Positions 59,137-64,000 of a stretch of DNA of 64,000 nt are shown in pieces. The first letter of the stretch is position 1. Each line of letters opens with the position of its first letter. The notes below the pieces were generated by a model that saw only the letters and a list, made by a program, of their open reading frames with translations, was not told the origin of the DNA and did no database searches. A program made the translations under genes and the position numbers. Where the stretch lies: contig JACPPD010000003.1 of NCBI GenBank assembly GCA_016191145.1, forward strand, positions 352,778 to 416,777, read 5' to 3'. Source of the stretch: Ignavibacteria bacterium (lineage in GTDB: Bacteria; Bacteroidota; Ignavibacteria; Kapaibacteriales; Kapaibacteriaceae).

Positions 59137-61308
59137 GTGCCTACAATCACAGCCATCAAGCGAACTGTGCGTGATGCAAATCGGTGCAGTGTGTTTGTCG
59201 ATGATCAGTTCTTTGTTGCAGTCTCGGTAGATGTAGTTGCTGCACTCGGCCTGCGCATCGGATTGGAGCTTTCTGCCGAATTATCTCATAATCTAACTGC
59301 AAAAGAACGGGAACTGATTCTGAGGCAAAAATCATATCATTTTGCTTCATACAAACCCCGTAGCGAAAGGCATGTACGCGAGTTCCTGATAAAAAAGCAC
59401 AATGCAACGAATGAAGAAGCTGATGGAATTATTGAATGGCTGAAATCGTTCAATATTGTTAACGATGTAGAGTTTGCACAACGCTTCCTGGATGCCGCAC
59501 GCTCCCGAAAGCCCCTTTCAAGAATTGCTGCACAACAAAAACTGCTTGTAAAAGGAATCCCACCGTCAATCGTCGAAGAAGCCCTGATTACTATGTATGA
59601 CGATGACGAAGAATTCTCCGCAGCTTTCTCTGTTGCGCAAAAAAAACTGAAATCACTCAGCAGTGATTCACAAATCGTTTCACAGCGCTTATCCCGCTTC
59701 CTCCAGGGACGCGGATATCGGTGGGAAACTGTAAAGCGCGTTCTGCAATCACTAAACCTCCAGGCGCTCTTCCTAACACTTCTTGCCTCGACTTTTCTTC
59801 CGCTCTCCGCCGTTTCACGTCCAGATTCTACATGTATCAAAATCCGTCTGCCAGAAAACGTAAACCGTTTCCAGCCCGTAACGCAGCCCGTGATTGCTCC
59901 GGATGGATCGTTGTATCTCGACAGGAAGCTGCATCCTGATAACAGCGAAGGACCTAATGATCCCGATGAAGTATGTATTTGCCCGCTTCAGGGCAACAAC
60001 CTATGGGGTGAGCCAACACTTGCTAAGTTTACAATCTTTAAGCGGCCCGATGTCTTGTTCAACTTTACCACGGATGGACTGTCGGCACTCGTTGTAGGAC
60101 CGTACTCTCGTTCATCGCCATCAAAGAAGAGCTTTGCAATCATTCATCGTAAGTCTGTAACAAGCCCGTTTACCGATGTTAAACCTATTGAGCTTCCCGG
60201 CATAGATTCACTTGGACGAAATTTTTACGGCTACCTTACCGACGACAGAAAAATGTTGATACTGGCACTGGATTTGGAAGGGGGCGTGGGAGACCTTGAC
60301 TTGTATGTATCTAATGCCGACCTTAACGGGTGGACAAAACCTGTTCTTCTTTCGCCAAACATCAACACACAGTCGTTCGAAGGAGCTCCGTGGTTGAGTC
60401 ACGACGGAGTTACATTGTATTACTCCAGTAGCGGCCATACTGAAAGGCGCGGCAAGGCCGATCTCTTCATGGTCCGCTTCCGTCCGGGCTCCCTGAGGAC
60501 GGGATCGGGACGTTTTGTGATCGATTATGGGCCCGTGAATTTGGGGTCGTGCATCAACACCGTCGAAGACGAAACATCGATAACACTGCGTGGAAGAGGC
60601 GATACTGTATTGCTTACTTCGTGGGACGAAGTAAGCGCGCGGCCTGGCATTTATACGGCAGTGCTTAACAAAGAAACAAGACCGTTGCCATGGTGCAGGT
60701 TCACAGGAACCATTACTGATGCGATTACAGGCACTATAGTAAAAAGTGCAACAATACGCATTTACGACACTGTTGCAGCAAATCAATTCTACGAAGCCGA
60801 GTATCACACCGACACTGCCACCGGTTTGTTTTCGATAGCGCTGCCGTCTAACCGAAAGGTTCAGGTAATTACTACTGCCGACGGCTATGTATCGCATAAG
60901 CAGATCATCGGCGTAGGAGTTCTCGATTCCGCAGTGACGCTGCATCTTACTACGGAGTTATTCAGCGTCAAGAAGCCCCTTTACTCAATATTTTTTGAAA
61001 GGGGCCAGTATATCGTGTCTGAAGAGCAAGCGCGCGGCATTGCTGAGTTTGCAAAGAAATACGATGTACGTCAAATTGCGTTTGAAGTGAGCGGTTATAC
61101 AGACAGACTTGGCACAACACCGTTCAACCAAACGCTGTCGTGGAAGCGTGCGCAGGCTGTAAGGGAATTAATCGTTGAATCGGGGATCTATCCCGGGCGC
61201 GTTGCCGCTACAGGAAGGGGCATAGAGGAATCTATCAACGAAGGTGCCGAGTCCGAGAACCCTCAAAGCAGACGCGTAGATGTGTTCGCCGCCGAGCCAT
61301 CACAATGA
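59137..61308 (+). CDS. recX: RecX fused to a hydrophobic segment, PD40 repeats, a carboxypeptidase-regulatory-like domain and an OmpA-like peptidoglycan-binding domain
   Basis: aa 1-205 are RecX (YKPRSE..V...L, D..FA..F, L..KGI, RFLQGRGY.W). aa 206-226 are hydrophobic. Then DLYVS...W..P..L..NINT..E.AP.LS.DG.TLY.SS (PD40), G.ITDA.TG (CarboxypepD_reg-like) and GYTD..G...N..LS.KRA.AV...RRVD (OmpA). One uninterrupted frame. Confidence 0.85.
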   Translation: MPTITAIKRTVRDANRCSVFVDDQFFVAVSVDVVAALGLRIGLELSAELSHNLTAKERELILRQKSYHFASYKPRSERHVREFLIKKHNATNEEADGIIEWLKSFNIVNDVEFAQRFLDAARSRKPLSRIAAQQKLLVKGIPPSIVEEALITMYDDDEEFSAAFSVAQKKLKSLSSDSQIVSQRLSRFLQGRGYRWETVKRVLQSLNLQALFLTLLASTFLPLSAVSRPDSTCIKIRLPENVNRFQPVTQPVIAPDGSLYLDRKLHPDNSEGPNDPDEVCICPLQGNNLWGEPTLAKFTIFKRPDVLFNFTTDGLSALVVGPYSRSSPSKKSFAIIHRKSVTSPFTDVKPIELPGIDSLGRNFYGYLTDDRKMLILALDLEGGVGDLDLYVSNADLNGWTKPVLLSPNINTQSFEGAPWLSHDGVTLYYSSSGHTERRGKADLFMVRFRPGSLRTGSGRFVIDYGPVNLGSCINTVEDETSITLRGRGDTVLLTSWDEVSARPGIYTAVLNKETRPLPWCRFTGTITDAITGTIVKSATIRIYDTVAANQFYEAEYHTDTATGLFSIALPSNRKVQVITTADGYVSHKQIIGVGVLDSAVTLHLTTELFSVKKPLYSIFFERGQYIVSEEQARGIAEFAKKYDVRQIAFEVSGYTDRLGTTPFNQTLSWKRAQAVRELIVESGIYPGRVAATGRGIEESINEGAESENPQSRRVDVFAAEPSQ

Positions 61309-63309
61309 TAGTTCCATTTCGGCTTCAGCTTTTCTACCTCCATTCCTCTGCTCAGTTACCACGGCGCTCCAATGGGCAGCCGAGTGCAGATAAATAGATA
61401 TCTCCAGCGGTGACTTTCTTTCATATCCTTCGTCGCGCAAACCAGAACGCACCAGCACCTGGTCGCTTGTTATCATGATACTACGTTCAAGGTTGTAGCG
61501 ATCCTTAAGTGAGAGGACAACCTCTTCGCCATTTGTAGGTACGCGCAAAAGGTGCACCCTAATTCGCTGCCAGTTCTCCTGTGTTTCGAGTGTGAGATGC
61601 GATGTGAGGGCATTTGCCTCGTGCATGCTGGCACGACCAAAGACAACATCAAACCGCTTTGCGTTTGATGTTTCGTGTTCCACAGTATCCTGTAATGGTA
61701 TATCAAGATTTATCGATGGAATGATATTCATTTTTCTGAATAACTCCTTCAATTTCTTTCTGAACATCTCATCGAACAGGTGCTTATGCGGAGCAATGTG
61801 CTTTTCGTCGTACCACCAGAACCAATCGGAGGCTTCTAAGCCGTGCCAGATGCCAGGTGCCAGGTGCCAGGTGTCGGGCGCCAGGTGCCAGTCAGCAAGA
61901 GCTCTCACCTCATTAAGCAGAGACCACGCGCGGTTTTTAACCGGTGAGCCTATCCACACATCGAAAGTACCGTTGATCCACGAGCCTGCAGTAACCGATT
62001 TGAGAACGTGGTGATGTTTGTTCCGTGCAGGGCTAGCAGATGCCAACGTCGCTGCCGATGTCTGTACCGCTTCAGCGCAGGTGAGTGTAACGTACGCATT
62101 CTCATCGGTTAATCGGGAAAATAGAGCACGCAGGAAATGTTCTCCATTCCCCTTGTAATATTCCCAGCAATTTTCTCCATCGAGAATAATGGGCACAACA
62201 GCATTTACCAGCTCCTGTTCACCCTTGTTTTGTATGAGGCGCGTACGAATCCTCTCGAGTCTCGAAACAAAATTCTCTACGGCATCATGAGCCTTCCAGG
62301 AAGCGTATTCAAACCCAATGGAATCACTCAAGTTGTGATCGCGGAACAGCGCAGCAATCGAGCCAGAGGTAGTAGGAACATTGTATACGAAGTATGCAGA
62401 CGTCGAATGCCAAGCAGAGCCAAGTGAATTTCGCAAAACTGTTTCGTCGCTCGCAGTCCACACAACACCATGCTGGCACATCACATCCAGCGCCTGCATG
62501 CTGATGCTCCCTTCTGCTGGCCACATCCCTGCAGGACGCGTACCTGAACGCTGGTACCAATCTTCGAGAGCCGAAGCAACGTGCCAATGAGCATCATCCA
62601 CATTGCGGAAAGGCGGATTGGGAACCTGCATGTCGCGACGTGCCTCCCGAGCAGAATCCGTATCGCAAATAAGTGGAAGTATTGGGTGATAGTAAGGTGA
62701 AACGCTGACTTCGATTAGCCCCTCCTCCGACATCTTGCACAACTTTGATTGCACTTGTGCAATCGAGTACAGATGTTCATTCATCACTGCGATGAGATCG
62801 TCGGGCGAAAAATTCCGCCCTTTATCAATCAATGCAGCAACTGCTGGTCTTCGTCGGGACACCGGGCCAACCCATGCAAGCTGCAGCAGAACCATCACGT
62901 CCAGCCAATCCTGGTCGGTGAATTCATTCCATGCATTGTTTGCGAGGTCATCAAACAATTCGTTATAACGCGGCAGAGGTACAACCATCGTATGTCGCTG
63001 AACCGTTACAGCCCATTGTGTTAACTCCGCTTTTTGTTCGCGCGTCAGCGCCGACGGAGCAATTTCGCACAAACGCTGAATCGGGTCCTTACGCCCCCTT
63101 CCATATTCATCCAATTGATAAAGAAGCGAAGGAACAACGTTGATGGTATGTTTCAGCGGATAATCAGAAATGATTTCAAGAAGGTCGAGATAATCCTTTG
63201 CTGCATGCAGGCGCACCCATGGCAGGAAGAAGCCACCATCATCCGTATAGTCTGGTTGATGTTGATGCCACAGAAAGCACAATCTGAGCGGTGGCGATTG
63301 CATTGGCAC
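61300..63309 (-). CDS. Glycoside hydrolase family 57 (amylase/amylopullulanase-like)
   Basis: LWHQHQP, PYYHPILPL, nucleophile GMWPAEG, acid/base ILDGENCW, SDWFWWY. Confidence 0.93.
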   Translation of the reverse strand: MPMQSPPLRLCFLWHQHQPDYTDDGGFFLPWVRLHAAKDYLDLLEIISDYPLKHTINVVPSLLYQLDEYGRGRKDPIQRLCEIAPSALTREQKAELTQWAVTVQRHTMVVPLPRYNELFDDLANNAWNEFTDQDWLDVMVLLQLAWVGPVSRRRPAVAALIDKGRNFSPDDLIAVMNEHLYSIAQVQSKLCKMSEEGLIEVSVSPYYHPILPLICDTDSAREARRDMQVPNPPFRNVDDAHWHVASALEDWYQRSGTRPAGMWPAEGSISMQALDVMCQHGVVWTASDETVLRNSLGSAWHSTSAYFVYNVPTTSGSIAALFRDHNLSDSIGFEYASWKAHDAVENFVSRLERIRTRLIQNKGEQELVNAVVPIILDGENCWEYYKGNGEHFLRALFSRLTDENAYVTLTCAEAVQTSAATLASASPARNKHHHVLKSVTAGSWINGTFDVWIGSPVKNRAWSLLNEVRALADWHLAPDTWHLAPGIWHGLEASDWFWWYDEKHIAPHKHLFDEMFRKKLKELFRKMNIIPSINLDIPLQDTVEHETSNAKRFDVVFGRASMHEANALTSHLTLETQENWQRIRVHLLRVPTNGEEVVLSLKDRYNLERSIMITSDQVLVRSGLRDEGYERKSPLEISIYLHSAAHWSAVVTEQRNGGRKAEAEMELSL
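61844..61892. repeat. Seven tandem heptamers (consensus tgccagg) inside the GH57 CDS
   Basis: tgccaga tgccagg tgccagg tgccagg tgtcggg cgccagg tgccagt; translates on the minus strand as WHLAPDTWHLAPGIWH. Confidence 0.9.
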
Positions 63310-63371
63310 AATCTAGTGCAATCCCGGCACCCTCACAACGGCGAAAGAAGATTCCCCTATATTCGCTGCAC

Positions 63372-63444
<73 letters not shown>

Positions 63445-63759
63445 CACAATAGTTATTTCTCAATACGAGTTGAGTGAGCTATACGCATTCGCCACCACGA
63501 TATAAACTCATATACTTAGCAAGGGCGACCGTACAAGAGATATTCAATCTCTCTTTCATCTTCCCGGCAGCATATTAGTCCCCAACCACCCTGACGTCTC
63601 CTCCGGCTTTGTGAACTCGCTATCGCCGTATGTGGTAACACGAAACCATTTCATGATTCCACTGAATAGCAGATGTACTTGCCTGGGTGGACAATGCAAC
63701 AAGCTGCAAAGCTGAAAACGTTCTGCGAATTTGTTGCCTGTGCCTACGAATAGCCTGCG

Positions 63760-64000
63760 TCATTCTTTAAGAGTCGCGTTCCAAAACTCCCTTGTGACCT
63801 TTCCTGCACGCTGTACCGCCGCCTTAAAGCGATCGTCTTTAAACCATCCCGATGCCTTTTCCATGCTCTCCACATTTAATTGAACCAACACGATGTTTGA
63901 GTCGATTTCATCTCTGTAAACGGGTCCGTCCGTCATTCCGTATTCAAGCCTTGCTTGCATGCATTCGTCGTGCGCCTGTCTCCATTGATCAAAGTTTTCA
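63760..64000 (-). CDS. Small dimeric alpha+beta barrel (cyclase/DUF3764-like) protein, 5' end outside the window
   Basis: Frame stays open to the edge (..ENFDQWRQAHDECMQARLEYG...VYRD..D.N.V.V), matching the F..W...D....R...G....VYR...D.N pattern. Confidence 0.6.
   Translation of the reverse strand, partial: ENFDQWRQAHDECMQARLEYGMTDGPVYRDEIDSNIVLVQLNVESMEKASGWFKDDRFKAAVQRAGKVTREFWNATLKE

Noticed and set aside
27668..59751. mfd, uvrA, recA and recX as a DNA-repair supercluster
   Set aside because: They are separated by many unrelated genes and I saw no shared upstream motif; compatible with chance.
63445..63759. Short 32-codon minus-strand ORF (MKWFRVTTYG...) after the tRNA
   Set aside because: Too short, with no recognisable motif and no other support.

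Overview
A gene-dense, mostly housekeeping 64-kb bacterial chromosome segment of moderate GC. Bacteroidota-type LptD, a PD40-OmpA architecture, a T9SS-like C-terminal remnant and recurrent TAnnTTTG promoter elements point to the FCB group. My best guess, an inference not verified here, is a Kapabacteria/Ignavibacteria-like lineage. It holds about 50 CDSs (pepA fragment, penicillin-acylase family, oligoendopeptidase, meaB, glmS, lptD, queD-folE-rnhB, ftsY, purB, tsaB, mfd, prmA, kdsC, sucC, uvrA, rpmB, methylmalonyl-CoA mutase, ppx, kgd-type E2-E1 fused oxoglutarate dehydrogenase, pgeF, comEC, recA, GH57) and one tRNA-Gly(CCC). I found no CRISPR array, cas gene, transposase or integrase. Most unusual features: (1) an in-frame fusion of RecX to a hydrophobic signal/anchor segment and an extracytoplasmic PD40-OmpA peptidoglycan-binding module, directly after recA and divergent from comEC across a palindrome-containing spacer; (2) an 8-unit array of a 34-nt hairpin repeat with recurring short linkers at about 4.0-4.4 kb; (3) a four-gene cluster of secreted fibre-like and polyglycine proteins, two of which share a C-terminal domain; (4) a 7x7-nt heptamer repeat inside the GH57 reading frame. 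All calls come from reading motifs by eye; no database search was run.
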